From the NCBI GenBank assembly GCA_951406725.2, contig OX597824.1:82708001-82772000 (forward strand): 64,000 bases of DNA, in the 5' to 3' direction. Positions 27,325 to 41,497 of the stretch are shown one piece after another; positions within the stretch are counted from its first letter, which is position 1; the number at the start of each line of letters is the position of its first letter. The stretch is from Octopus vulgaris. Taxonomy: Eukaryota. Position numbers and translations under genes: made by a program. Under the pieces are notes generated by a model, which saw nothing but the letters and a program-made list of their open reading frames with translations, was not told where the DNA came from and did not search any database.

Positions 27325-27520
27325 ATTTCTTTACTACCCACTCAGAGGGGACAAACAAGGACAAATGGATTAAGTCGATTACATCGACCCCAGTGCATAA
27401 CTGGTACTTAATTTATCGACCCCGAAAGGATGAAAGGCAAAGTTGACCTTGGCAGAATTTGAACTCAGAACATAACAGCAGATGAAATACAGCTAACGTT
27501 TCTGCTAGCTCGCCGCCTTA
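27325..27520 (-). mobile_element. SINE family A copy with target-site duplication
   Basis: Family A unit flanked by CTTACATAATAATA on both sides. Confidence 0.85.
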
Positions 27521-27533
27521 CATAATAATAATA

Positions 27534-27576
<43 letters not shown>

Positions 27577-28057
27577 TGAGGATAATTTGTTATTTTGACA
27601 CAAGGCCTCAGATATGTGATGTAGGAGAAGCAAAGTCTATTGTTCCCTTCAAAACATGACTAGAGATATTAAAGGCATGGTTGTCCTTGGTAGGATTTTA
27701 ACTTAAAATGTATGGGAACAGAAACTGGATGCTGTAAGACACTTAGTCAATCGGCAACATTATCAAAATGTCAGCTCAGATAGACAGACAGTTTTCAGCA
27801 AACTCAGCACTAGCTAAAACCCCCATACATATTTTTTATGATGTTATTATAAAGCATCACTTCAAAACAGATGATGAAAAAAACAAAACAAACAACGGAC
27901 CCAAACAAAACCTGGGAAGGATAAACATCAGATTGTAAACCATATTAACTAATGAAGAACTGTAGGAATAGGAATTTTACAGAAATATATAAATATAAAT
28001 TATATACATGCTAACACATACACATATGAATTATATACATGCTTACATATAATATAT

Positions 28058-28107
<50 letters not shown>

Positions 28108-28171
28108 ACACACACACGCACACATACAAGCATATATATAATCTAAAAAGAGATAATGCATATAAATAATG

Positions 28172-28208
<37 letters not shown>

Positions 28209-28439
28209 AATATATATATAAATATATGTATATATGCATATATATGTATATACATGTATGTATATATATATATATATATATATACACATACGTATATACA
28301 TATATATATGTATATATAAATATATATATATATATATACACACATATATATATATATACATGTATATGTATATACATATATATATATATATATACATGTA
28401 TATGTATATACATATGCATGTATATATATATACATATGC

Positions 28440-28518
<79 letters not shown>

Positions 28519-29542
28519 GATAGATAGATATATTGATATAGATATTATAGATATAAATGTTTCCTTTAAGTCAAATAAGCTAAGGAAACCTGGCAGTGGT
28601 AAGCAATGGTGAGGTTGGTGATGATGAGTGGTAATTCAAGAGGGGTGGGCAAGATGAGAAAGGGTTGTGGGGGGACAAGATAGATTAGTTGGTACAGCAG
28701 TGAGGTCAATGATGGGGATTACAGTGCTAGTAGTGCTGTTAGCAGTGGTGATGGTGGTGGTGGTGGTGGAGGTTATGGGTGAGATGGGAATTGTGGTGGT
28801 GGTGGTGGTGATGGTAGTGGTGATAGGTGGTGAGATATTTGGCAGTGGTTTGGCAATTTCGGTGGCAGTAACAAGAGCAGTGGTGGCTGGTGGCGGTGGT
28901 GGTGGTGGTGGTGGTGATGGTGGTGGTGGTGGGTGGTTGTCAGGCAAGGGGAGATAGTGGTGGTGACGGTGATGGAGGTGGTATTGATAGTGGTGATAAT
29001 GGTAGATGATTGTACTGGTAGTGATGGTGGTGGCGGCGGTGGTAAAGGTGGTGGTCAAGATGGTAACAGTGAAGATGGGTGGTGGTGGTGGTGGTGGTGG
29101 TGGTATTTCAGGTGATAGTCGTGCTGTAAGAGGCAGTGGTATTGGTGGGATTGAGGAGAGTGGTGCAAATGGCAGTGGTGAAGGTGCTGGTAATGGTAGT
29201 GGTGGTGGTGGTGGTGGTGGTTGTGGCGATGGTAGAGATGGCATTAGAGTACAGATACTTTGAAGTTATCAAAATTTGTTGTTGTTGTTGTTATTGTTGT
29301 ATTGAAATGTTTGTCTGTTTCCCAAATACCTAAACTTCTTGTCTGAATTATGGTAGTGTATCTGCGCACGTGCCCACGCACACACAATCACAAACACACA
29401 CTCACAAACACACTCACACACACGCATATGTATGCAAGTATGTATGTATGTTTGTATGTACATACATATATACATATATATATACATATATATATATATA
29501 TTTATACACACACACACATATATACACATACACACACATGCA

Positions 29543-29579
<37 letters not shown>

Positions 29580-29910
29580 GTGTTTTGTTGCTTGTCAAAT
29601 TTCTCACACATACATTCGTATGTGTGTATGTATGTGTGTGCATGTCTGTGTGTGCGTGTGCATATATGTAAATGTGTGTGCATGTATGTGCGTGAATTGC
29701 AGAGTGAAATCTAATTCTTATAATTTATTGTATTAGGTCCATTTTTTTTCTTCTTAACAATGCTGGGCCAATAGAAATGTGAAGTGAGGACTTGAACCCA
29801 GACTGTTGAGGTATGAAACTAAAACAAAATACTGCAAACTATTTTTTATCTGCCACCAATTTACATATTCTGTCAGTTCAAACACCCTTATTATTACAGT
29901 TATTATTATA

Positions 29911-29954
<44 letters not shown>

Positions 29955-30144
29955 CATTATTATTATTATAGTTATTATCATTATCATTATTATTATTATT
30001 ACTTTTTAACAAAGTAATCTTTAAACAGCAAGTATTAGTTTGAACAGAATTAAACTAAGAAAACTTGCAAAATAAACTCAATATTAACTGTTATTAAAAC
30101 AAAGAAACATATATATGAATACATATACACACACACACACACAC

Positions 30145-30209
<65 letters not shown>

Positions 30210-30318
30210 CATATATATTTGATACATTCATCATTTTAAAGCAAAGAGATAAGAAAAAGATGTATAAATTCTAACAACAGATACCAAGATGTCGAAAATA
30301 TTTCAAGCAAAAATAAAG

Positions 30319-30349
<31 letters not shown>

Positions 30350-30447
30350 TATTGATAATCATCATTAAGAACAACAACAACAACAACAAGAATAACAGTA
30401 ATAAAAGAATGTGTTTAAGAATAAACCAAAAAGTTTCAGATATTCTG

Positions 30448-30509
<62 letters not shown>

Positions 30510-31060
30510 TATATAATTATATATATATATGTATGTATGTATATATATGCAAGTATACTTATAAGTATATGCACATATATATATTTTACTGAATATATGT
30601 TTATTTATTGATAAGCTGATAAGCACAAATGTAACACTTAATAACACTTAAACAAGTAATTAAAAAAAAAAAAGATCTGTCTTCAATATTTCCCAGCATT
30701 CCTATTTTGATCACATGATAGTGTGATGTCTTAACCTGGAAAAGTTAAAACGTTTTTACTGGCCTTTTAAATGTCTGAGACAGAAATCTCAAAACAATAT
30801 TTTGTTTAACTGTACTTTAGAAATTAAATCAAATAAATTAAAATAAATAAATAAATAAAAACCATGTGCGATGGGTTGTTCTTCCTTTTTTACTTCTCTG
30901 CCTCATACTAAGTGGAAAGTACAGATTTTATATATTTCCATTATATATATAGAAAAAATTCGTTATAACATATCCGTTAACATATTTGTCTATATAATAA
31001 CAGATTTGTATGCTATACAAAGAATTATTTGGACTAGTGTCTCATAACGGTTGTTAAAGT

Positions 31061-31107
31061 CACAATGTTTCATCTTTTATATCCTAGGAGCCTTTTTTCA
31101 GGTGTCT
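31061..31107 (-). ncRNA. Highly decayed hammerhead-like remnant
   Basis: Minus strand GACAC-CTGAAAA-AAGGCT...AGAT-GAAA-CATTGTG parallels the motif at 60955-61000. Confidence 0.3.
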
Positions 31108-31590
31108 GCTATATTTGGTATCGTTGTTGGAATTTCAAACAACAGGAGTAGATAATTCTCTTTTCACTGTCCATGCCCTAGTAATGACATTTACTTGTTC
31201 TGCTAGAACTAGATCATATACAGATTCACTGGCCCAGGCATTGAACTGGAACACTTAATCTTGGCTTATCTTCACTGTGATATAGTCTTGTAGGACAATC
31301 AGATCATAGTAATCAAAAGTTTTAAAACTACCTTACTTTTATGGTCTTAGGTTCAAAAGTTTTTCTTCATATTAAAGGCTCTTATGTTGTGTTCATATCT
31401 ATGGATTATATAGATTTTTACATAAATCTCATTATATACATAACTATATGGATGTGTGTAAGTATGTCATAGTAATATATAAACAAAAAACAGAAACTAA
31501 ACCAGTTCAAAACAAAGCAAAAATCCCAATTACCCTCCTTTGTTGAGTTTCTCAGTACCAGCTGGAAACTTATTTCTGTTACAATCATTA

Positions 31591-31790
31591 CAGTCGATAA
31601 TCTGTTATTTAAGATGCTTGGGACCAGAAATGCTTCAGATTACAGATGTTTCTGAATAGTTAAGTGATTTGCATAATTACACTATAAGACAACATGGGGA
31701 CGACACTCAAGTATAAACATGTTATGCATTTACAATCAATAATACAGTTAATGTGTATGCTATGAAGGCAGTTTTACAAAAATTAACACT
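31591..31790 (+). mobile_element. pogo/Tigger-like DNA transposon fragment
   Basis: Starts TA|CAG. Contains ATGCTTGGGACCAGAA and ...TGGGGA...CAAGTATAAACA..., which I recall as characteristic of Tigger4/MER46-type elements; needs a search. Confidence 0.45.
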
Positions 31791-31899
31791 AGTCCAGTTC
31801 TGTATACAGAACAATTTCACTTAGGAAATGCTTTGCTTATTATATTTTCACCTGTAACACTTTTACCTGTGAATGGTCTACGAGAACATTATATGTCCT

Positions 31900-32175
31900 G
31901 ATGTCTTGCTCTAAATAAGGAATCCTCCAAGCCAGCTAAACACTGTGCACAAGTGTAAACTAACATAATCTGGGCCATATCTACCAGTTTCAGGGACACC
32001 CTCATGCTTAGTAAAATTCCCAATGAGCACTGGGATGGCAGGCTGCAATAACAGTGGGCTGATGGTACAAAACAGTAAAAGGACAACCGACCCATACATC
32101 ACCTGTTGAGAACTACCCAACATCAATCACAGTGGTGAGCACATGCCGACGAAGTCCCTAAGGGGTTGTCCTTCA
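31900..32175 (+). mobile_element. Possible decayed Penelope-like 3' end (GIY-YIG C-terminus)
   Basis: Broken translation ...STSFRDTLML...WDGRLQ... resembles the Penelope endonuclease tail, followed by CCGACGAAGTCCC (possible eroded HHR core). Confidence 0.25.
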
Positions 32176-32400
32176 AACTAATGGTACAAGAACAATGATA
32201 TATATACAATCACACAGACTTGATAAATATGAAAGATGTGTACATATATATTAATGTAAATGAAATAACATAAACAAAAATGGAGTTTTCGAAACAATTG
32301 TAGAGCAACATACATCTACACGCTCAATGAATTAACACTGTTACTTATATATATTTATGACACAGTTACAGGAAAAACAACTGACCAATTATCAGATATG

Positions 32401-32521
32401 ATAAGACCAGTGATTATCCATGAAGGCAGCCTGAGCTGATTCAAATCTACAGGATATATGAATGCTTCCCTGTAGCCTCATCTTAGCAAAGGCTGCCTTC
32501 ATAGAAAATTGCTGGTCTTAT
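32401..32521. repeat. ~120-bp imperfect hairpin
   Basis: ATAAGACCAG/CTGGTCTTAT, ATGAAGGCAGCC/GGCTGCCTTCAT and CTACAGG/CCTGTAG are nested complementary pairs. Confidence 0.8.
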
Positions 32522-32683
32522 ATCTTTATATGATTGAGTTATTGTTTTTGTTTTTTTTTTGACACAGTGGTGAAACCATTTGTAACAATGTAGTAAAATT
32601 ATGCATGTCTATATCAGTAGACAAATAGACACACACACACACATGCACACATACACACATACATACATACATACATACATACA

Positions 32684-32717
<34 letters not shown>

Positions 32718-33376
32718 CATATACATGTATGTATAGATATACACACACAGGTAAACAATCACAGAAATCTACCTAAATATATACTGAAAATACAAAAACA
32801 AAAACAAACATAGAATGTTTGTGTACAAAGTCATCATCATCATCATCATCATCATCATCAACGAGAACAAGAACAAAATCAACATCAAAATTATAGACAT
32901 CTCGTTACCATCATCAATTTCAACAGTTCTACAAATTATTATTATTATTGTTACCCACCTCCTCCTCCTCCACCTCATCATCATCATCATCATCCTCATC
33001 TTGATCCTCCTCCTCTTTCTCTCTTCATCATCATCATCATCATAATTAGAGCCATAATCATCACTACAAGTGTTTCAGAAATGATCTTCCTCTGTCTTCT
33101 CTTCGTCAGAGTCATGATGCTATCACCCCCGAAGATCATCCTCACCAAAGTCATCAGCATTTGCTGTCGTGTCGTCATCATTATCATCATTTAGAATGAT
33201 ATCAACTTTTGTCGTTGCTAATCAACAACATCAACACTCAACACCACTGTGGCTAATCAACCAATCAAATTCCAGATAATTCCACCAGATCAACCTCAGA
33301 ACAAAGATTTTTCAAATACAGGAAAAAGACCAAAGATATACTTGTGTGTGTATGTGTGTACATATGTATGCATGTA

Positions 33377-33418
<42 letters not shown>

Positions 33419-33463
33419 TATATACATATATATACATATATATATATATACATACACACATAT

Positions 33464-33502
<39 letters not shown>

Positions 33503-33580
33503 TATACACACATATATATATATATACACATATATATATATACATATATATATGTATATATATATATGTATATATATGAA

Positions 33581-33628
<48 letters not shown>

Positions 33629-34160
33629 GACAAAAACTGTTAGTAACCACAATGAAATCTATACCTTGTATTACCCTATATACATGTATGTGTATGCATG
33701 CATGTATATAAGCATGTATGTAGGCATGTATGCCTGTATGTATGCATGTGTATATGTATTTATGTATGTATGCCTATATATGTATGTATATGTATGTATG
33801 TATGTATTTTTGTATATTAGTATGGGTATGGATATTCGTAGTTATGTATGAGTATGTGAAAGAAGGTGCTAGAAACAACCATTTAGGTTGTTTTTTAGGG
33901 GTTTTTTTTTTTTTTTCAAAGAAAAAAATTCTTTGGGTAAAAATTTAGAGGCGAGGGATGAGGTGGGACTTCTTTGATTTTTGCTTTTCACTTCATCCAT
34001 TCTTGAAAGAAAGAAAGAAAAAAAAAACATACACTTCTTATAATATAATATAGAATTTTCTTTTTCTTCTATTTACCATTCTTTGTTTTAGATTATATAA
34101 AAAAAGAAAAACAAACAATTTGGAAATAAACTCTTGGAAAAAGACAAATATATGACTATA

Positions 34161-34213
<53 letters not shown>

Positions 34214-34549
34214 ATAAATATGTGTGTGCAAGTGTATGCACATGTATGTTTGTATGCATGTATGTATATATGTATATTTTGCTAAGATATTATAAGACAA
34301 ATGGACTTGGTCTATCAGCCTATAGCCTTTCATTTTCTTTTCTTTTTTTTTTCTTCTTTTTGCTTATATGTTCTTGTTTTACTTTGTGTAGGAATGAAGA
34401 AAGACAAGGACAATTTTTTTTAAAGATATATACATATACATACACACACACTCTCACACACATATACATACATATATATATATAAATATATATATATACA
34501 TATATACATATATATACATACATACATATATATACATATATATATATAG

Positions 34550-34613
<64 letters not shown>

Positions 34614-35547
34614 GCTCTTTTACAAAATTTTAAATAATAACACTCTTATATCTTTTTGTTTGTTATATTTAAAAGTAACAAAAAAACAACCAAAAAAAAA
34701 AAACAAAACAAAATGGTTCCAATCTTACATGTAGGATAGTTTTTGGTGGAGGGAAAGTGGTGATGGCGGTCTTTTGTGGTGGATTCGTTTGTCCCCAAAA
34801 CATTAAAAAAAAAAGATGCAGTAAGGGTTGTATTTTTAAAATAATCATTAATAAACACCCACATTTAATCAATGCCTGCTCTGTTTTTTTTTTTTTAATT
34901 AGTTACAGACCAGACTACAGCACCTTCCTCTTCTTACTCACAGACATATACCAACAGGAATAAAAAAAAAATAATAATAAAAATAATAATTATTATTTCT
35001 AACAAAACAATTATAATTGACCACAAAAGGGGGTCACAGTCATTTAGGTACCACCCCTGCAGTTATTTCTTGGATTCATTATACTGGCTTTAATTAATGG
35101 ACTGACTGTGGCCGAGATGGAGCACCCCTTCACAACCTTTCAGACAGGTAAATATTTTATTTCATCAACCTCAGAAGGTTGATTGGCTAAAAAACACCTG
35201 GGATATACGGCTGCTGCTGGTACGTTATCTCGTTAAACCAGAATGTGGACGTAAAACCAAAAGACCGAGATGAAAATATATTGGAAACCAACAGTTGCTG
35301 CCGCAAATTTTGGTTCCAATATGGTAAAGGGGAATTGGGTGGGGGTGAGAAAGAAAGAGAGAGAGCAGCAGGATTAGGGAAGTGAGGGGAGGGGGGTGTC
35401 ATGGAGGCGGAGGGGTGGTCTTTTGTTTGTTTTTTGTTTCAAGGGTCCTCCGTGGGCTCTACCATTTTTTCCAGGGGAAACATATAGGTCCTCACACACA
35501 CCACTGCCGCCGCCACCACCACCACCACTACCACTGCTACTTCACAA

Positions 35548-35590
<43 letters not shown>

Positions 35591-35978
35591 GTAATAAAAA
35601 AAAATCGTAATGTATATGGGTAATCTGAGATCAAGGGAAAACCGTAGAGCTTGCACACATGTGCATTGCATGTGTGTGCGTCTGTGCACATGTGTGCACA
35701 TGTGTGTGTGTTTGTGTGTGTGTGTGAACGAGTCTGTGTAAGTGTGTGCATGTTTTTTGCTTTATTTTGTTTTTGTGTTTGTGGGTCTTTGTATTTTCAT
35801 ATTCTTTTTTTTTTTTTGGTTTTTGTTGTTGTTGTTGCAGGTGCACCCTCCTTCTCTTTAGTTCCAGTGGGAGTAGGGATTTAAGAGGTGGTGGTGGTGA
35901 TGGTGGTGGTAGTGAGAGGTATATTTAGCATGTGATGTGATTAAGGAATGGTTCGAAACCATCACCTCTTCTACTGCA

Positions 35979-36034
<56 letters not shown>

Positions 36035-36174
36035 CAATACTTAGTTTTAAGTTATCTTTTTTTTTGTTCTTTTCTTCAATTAAATTCTGCTTTTCCAGTT
36101 AAAGAATGGCTTATGTAAAAAAAAAAAAAAAAGAAATGAAAATAAAAATAAAATAAATAAATTAATAAATAAAA

Positions 36175-36850
36175 GTGTTGCTTGGCTGTTGCTTGGTAGT
36201 TGCTGGCTAATAAATTAAGTTGTTGCTTTGTTGCTTCATAGTAGTCGCTTAAATGTTGCTTAATTGTTGCACAAATTTCGCTTAGTAGTTGCTTAAATGT
36301 TGCTTGGTAGTTGCTAGACTGTTGCAGTTGGTAGAAGCTAAGTTGCTTCATTCTTGCATGTTGCCTGATAGCTATGAGATGGCTGCTATATTGTTGCTTC
36401 ATAGTTGCTTGGTAGTTGCTAATTTGTTGCTTGGTAGTCACTAGATTTCTTCTTGTCTTGTTTTAAGTTGCTAGATGATTGCTGTTGAATTGCTAGAGGG
36501 TTGTTGCTAGCTTGTTGCTAGATGATTGCTGTTGAATTGCTAGAGGGCTGTTGCTAGCTTCTTTCACATCTTCTTTGTTGTTTATTCATTTTAGTTGCTT
36601 ATAAGTGGTTACTGTTCAGTTGTTTGAGTGTTGCTTCATAGTTGCTAGCTTGTTGCTTGGTAATCACTTGTAATTAGTTGCTTGTTAATCATTTGTAGTC
36701 AGTTGCTTGGTCAGTTGTTAAGTGGTCGCTGTTCAGTTGTTTGATTGTTGCTTCATAGTTGCTAGGCTGTTGCTTGGTGATTTGCTACATTGTCACTTAT
36801 TTGTAGCTAGTTAGTTGCTAGCCTCATGTTGCTTGGTACAGTACAGTTGT
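36175..36850. repeat. Degenerate ~11-bp minisatellite (TAGTTGCTTGG-like)
   Basis: GTTGCT recurs at roughly 11-bp spacing, with longer internal duplications. Confidence 0.8.
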
Positions 36851-38732
36851 CACAGTCAACAATTTTCTGTTGACATCATTTTTATCATTATCATTATTAT
36901 TATTTTTATATCATCGTCAGTTTTTTGTTGTTTGTTTGTAAATATTTTGCAAAAAAAAAAACGTCATTTTTCATATTTTTTAAAAATTTATTTTAACATA
37001 CCTTTTTGTTAGTAGTAAACTTGCCTGCCTGTAATAGTATAATTTCAATGACAAACTCATTTTGAGAGATCAGTCATTTTCTGTTTTATTCAACATAAAC
37101 TTCATTTTATATTATTTTTTTCATTTCAGTTTAAAATTTTTCCAGTTTGTTTTTTTCGTTTTTATTTTTTTTCGCTTTTCCCATGGAAATCTCATTCTTT
37201 GATCAAACAAAACAAAGAACCAAAGACAATTCCACCAAACACCACTCAGGAAAAAAGAAAAATGTTTGTGCCAAATGATAGCTTCTTTCCTTTCCTCACT
37301 TGAAGTGAAGTGTCACTGATTTGCTCACTCAAAAAGTTGCACTCAAAAAGTCAATTGGCTCAGCTGAGTGAGCCAGTCAGTTACTGAGTGAGCGAGTGAG
37401 TCAAGTTATTGAATGTATGAGTGAGTGTGTATATGTATGTGAGTCCATATGTGTGCAGATGTGTGTGTATACTTATATATATATGTGTGTGTGTGTGTAT
37501 GCATGTATGTATGTTTGTTTCAAATTTTTCTTTAACTCATATCACATTCTCTGAGTGAGCCATTATCAAGCTTTCACTCTCACTTAAACATACACACACA
37601 TGCTTACACAACATACACTCTGACCCCCACTCATATTTCGTAGCTAATTTTCCAGTCAGTCAGTGAGTGGTTGTTGTTGTAGTTGTTGTTGTTGATGTTG
37701 TTGCAAGTGACTCCCCTAATTGGGGGAGTGGAGAAGAGGGGGTACACAATAATAAGTTTATAGATTAAAAAAAAAAGGAGGGGGGGAATGCATTTTCTTT
37801 TACCCCTCCTTAATACGACCCACAAGATTTTACTATCGTCTTTTATACACGCACACATATGCACACATATACACACACACACACATATTCAAGGGTGTGT
37901 GAAGACGTATACACCCCATCATTTGCATAAACATACATGCATGTGTATTTATGCAAATATACATACATACTCAGGCATATATATACACAGATTAATCTAT
38001 GCATCATACATATATATACACATGCATACATATGTACATAGATTTATTAAAAAAAAAAAATATTCAAGTGTTGAAGGGCAAATTCATACACATGCGTAAA
38101 TACACACCAGCATATATATACGCATATGTAGTTTCAGGCGTAAAAATCCATCTCTCTGAGTACTTTCTGCCTGTAGCAAGTGCTCCAGTTTGGCCACAAC
38201 CCAGTCACTGCAACCAGTAAGAGAGCAAAAAGAGTTTGTATGTTTGTGTGTCTGCATATGTAGATACGTAAGTATGTATGTATGTATGTATATTATGTAT
38301 ATATGTATTCATGTATGTCTGTACATATGTATGTATATATGTATGCATGTATGAGTGTGTGTGTGCGTGTATATACACGGAAATGTGTAAGTATTTATAG
38401 ATGCTTGTCTGTGATTCTTTACAGCAACTCAAACCAATTAATATTCCAAAGATTGGTAATTCCTTAAACCATTTTTTAAACATTTCGTGGCCATCATTAC
38501 GTAGTCCTTTCCATTCCTTTAACATTCTATCTCTCCTTCCTTTCTTTCTTCCTTTCCATCCTTCTTTCTTTCTATCTTTCCTTCCTTCCTTCCATACTTC
38601 TTTCCTTTCTTCCTGTATTTGTTTTTCTTTCAATAATTTCTGAATCTTCATTTTTTTTTCTTTTTCTTTTCCCTTCTTGCCATCTCAAAAGAGAAGGAAA
38701 ATCTTGTTTCATCAAAAACGGTCCAGCATTCT

Positions 38733-38876
38733 TTAAGGTGGTGTCGAGGGAGGCGGTTCATCTCTCGGTTCCTCGTCTTCGCTGGAAGTCTGCTGGTGAA
38801 ACAAGATCCTCAATAAGTCTTGGATTCGGTTAGCACCAGGAAATGAGAAAGCCAGACCACTTTGTTGTCCATGTTG
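38733..38876 (-). CDS. Terminal coding exon of an unidentified gene (QHGQQSGLAFSFPGANRIQDLLRILFHQQTSSEDEEPRDEPPPSTPP*)
   Basis: Pyrimidine-rich acceptor (...CTTTATCTCATAATTTTTTCAG), then 47 codons to TAA. Higher GC and complexity than the flanks, with a protein-like helix and an acidic/proline-rich tail. Confidence 0.6.
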   Translation of the reverse strand, partial: QHGQQSGLAFSFPGANRIQDLLRILFHQQTSSEDEEPRDEPPPSTPP

Positions 38877-39487
38877 CTGAAAAAATTATGAGATAAAGAG
38901 AGAAAAAGACAGGATTAGATTAGAGTATTAGATTATCATATTTTAACTGTAAATACAAAAATAGACACACACACACACATACAGATATATATATATATAT
39001 ATACATAATCCTCATCATTGTCATTTAATACCCATGTTGTGGACTGGATGGTTTGACAAGAGTTAGCAATTTCCAGGGCTGCATGAAGCTCCAATGATAT
39101 CTGAGGCATAGCTTCTCTGATAAGAAGCCCTTCCAAACATCAACCAATCTACAGTGTGTGCTGAATGCTTTTCTCAGAGCACCAACACCAGTGAGGTAAC
39201 CAAGAATATACATACATATATATTTCATAAACGTGGAGTAGACGAAATAGGAAGAACTGAAAAAGGGGAATATTCTTTGTGTTGTATGTCTTGTACTCTG
39301 TTCTTTCGTTGTTTGAAAAATAGTTCGTTTCCATGTTTTTGTTTTTATGTTTACATTTTTCGTTGTGTTCAACGTTTTTTTGATGTCCTATACCCATATA
39401 TGCATGTATATATACACATAGATGTAGGTATGTACATATATGTATGTATATATGCATATATTTATATATTATTTTTATTATATTATT

Positions 39488-39895
39488 AGGCGCAGGAGTG
39501 GCTGTGTGGTAAGTAGCTAGCTAACCAACCACATGGTTCCAGGTTCAGTCCCACAGCGTGGCATCTTGGGCAAGTGTCTTCTGCTATAGCCCCGGGCTGA
39601 CCAATGCCTTGAGTGGATTTGGTAGATGGAAACTGAAAGAAGCCTGTCGTATATATGTATATATATATATATATGTGTGTGTGTATGTGTTTGTGTGTCT
39701 GTGTTTGTCCCTCTAGCATTGCTTGACAACCGATGCTGGTGTGTTTACGTCCCCGTCACTTAGCGGTTCGGCAAAAAGAGACCGATAAAATAAGTACTGG
39801 GCTTACAAAGAATAAGTCCCGGGGTCGATTTGCTCAACTAAAGGCGGTGCTCCAGCATGGCCACAGTCAAATGACTGAAACAAGTAAAAGATAGT
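39488..39895 (+). mobile_element. Full-length tRNA-derived SINE family B
   Basis: A-box TGGCTGTGTGG, B-box GGTTCAGTCC, CTTGGGCAAGT core-like motif, internal TA/TG tract, GTAAAAGA tail. Other copies at ~43745-44300(-), 48620-48785(-), 51115-51527(-) and 59745-60150(-). Confidence 0.9.
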
Positions 39896-39948
39896 AAAGA
39901 GTATATGATCGAACGCCACGCATCCTTTTCCAAGTAAGCTTTTACCTA

Positions 39949-39989
<41 letters not shown>

Positions 39990-39990
<1 letters not shown>

Positions 39991-40450
39991 GGTATGTAGA
40001 AAAATACAACATGGACAAGAACGTATAACTCTTAGAAGACGATACAATAAACACGGACAGGACATTCGAAACCCTCAGTCTTCAGTCAAGAACCGGATCA
40101 TCGTAGTAATTTCGGCTGATTAATCTTGAGATTACTAGATCACGGCCAGCCCTCCAAGAAAAACTAAGCAACGAGCATTAGAAAAACTAAGCTAGAAGCG
40201 TAGATTTCCTGGAAGAAGGATCGAATGCATACGAACACCAGGACAGCAAAAGGGACAGATATAAAAAAACAAAAAACAATAATGGAATACAGAAACATGA
40301 AATACAGAAGCATTAACGGTGAAAACAACAGTGTCTTACGACTGATAACAAGCAAACAAATTTTTTCTCTGGCGCAATGGAAAAAGCCTTTATAGCGGCG
40401 GACGAAAACAGCGATGTTAACACGACGAGGGTCAGGAGCTTTGCTTAATT
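39990..40450 (-). mobile_element. Interspersed repeat in (TA)n with eroded hammerhead-like motifs (Penelope pLTR-like)
   Basis: Minus strand has GGCTG...CAGCC-GAAA and a downstream CTGAAGA...TTCGAA; the cores are non-canonical. Confidence 0.35.
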
Positions 40451-40781
40451 AAGTGTGCCATGTTATGACCTTGTGGCCGTAACCCAATATATATATATAT
40501 ACACATTGCAATGCTGATCATATCTGAGACCATGTTGTTGCCAATGGATCAAGTCAACCACCCATGAGTTTAAAAAAGGGTAATAGAGTGAGTTGGAGGG
40601 ATTCATGGTGTTTTTTTTTTTGGAGGGAGGCTTAAATTTTCAACTTTAAAACAATTTTTAAAAAAATTTTCCATGACAAGTTTAGCAGTAATTTTCCATG
40701 TCAAGCATAGTAGTAATTTTCTTAATTTTCATGCAAATTGTACCAGTCATTTCTTGTGTCACAAAATCCAAAGATGTAAAG

Positions 40782-41497
40782 TAGTGTTTCTCAATCGTTT
40801 TGGGTTTTTTTCCTAGGGAACCCTTTGATTCATGTTTGTACTTGGATGAACCTACCTAACAATTCCATGTTTAAAAAATCCCATTTGTATTTTTAAAATT
40901 AAATATTACTTAGGAAATGCATAAAAATTGTTAATATATTTTGTGTATTTCAGAAGTATAAGCAATTTATTGAAGATAAATTTTAACAACATGGACCTCC
41001 CAAGACTCATACAGACCCTCAAGGTTCATATGGACCCCCAAGGCTCATATGGACCCCCAAGGCTCATATGGACCCCCAAGGCTCATATGGACACCAAAGA
41101 CTCATATGGACACCCAAGGCTCATATGGATCCCCCAAGACTCATATGGACACCAAAGACTCATATGGACACCCAAGGCTCATATGGACCCCCCAAGACTC
41201 ATATGGAACCCCCAAGACTCGTATGGATCCCTAAGGCTCATATGGACACCCAAGGCTCATATGGATCCCCCAAGACACATATGGAACCCCCAAGGTTCAT
41301 ACAAACCCCCAAGACTCGTATGGATCCCTGAGGCTCATATGGACCCCTAAGACTCATATGTACACCCAAGGCTTATATGCATCCCCCAAGACTCATATGG
41401 AACCCATAATGTTCATACAGACCCCTAATACTCGTATGGATCCCTAAGGCTCATATGGACTCCCAAGGCTCATATGGACCCCAGTTGAGAACCACTG
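40782..41497. mobile_element. hAT (Charlie-type) MITE containing an expanded 19-20-bp minisatellite
   Basis: Termini TAGTGTTTCTCAA ... TTGAGAACCACTG; the GGACCCCCAAGGCTCATAT unit is repeated ~25 times at 40993-41481. No clean 8-bp TSD. Confidence 0.75.

Noticed and set aside
40928-41350. Repetitive ORFs (PQGSYGPP...) and a CRISPR-like appearance
   Set aside because: Contiguous 19-20-bp minisatellite without unique spacers, inside a MITE, in eukaryotic DNA with no cas genes.
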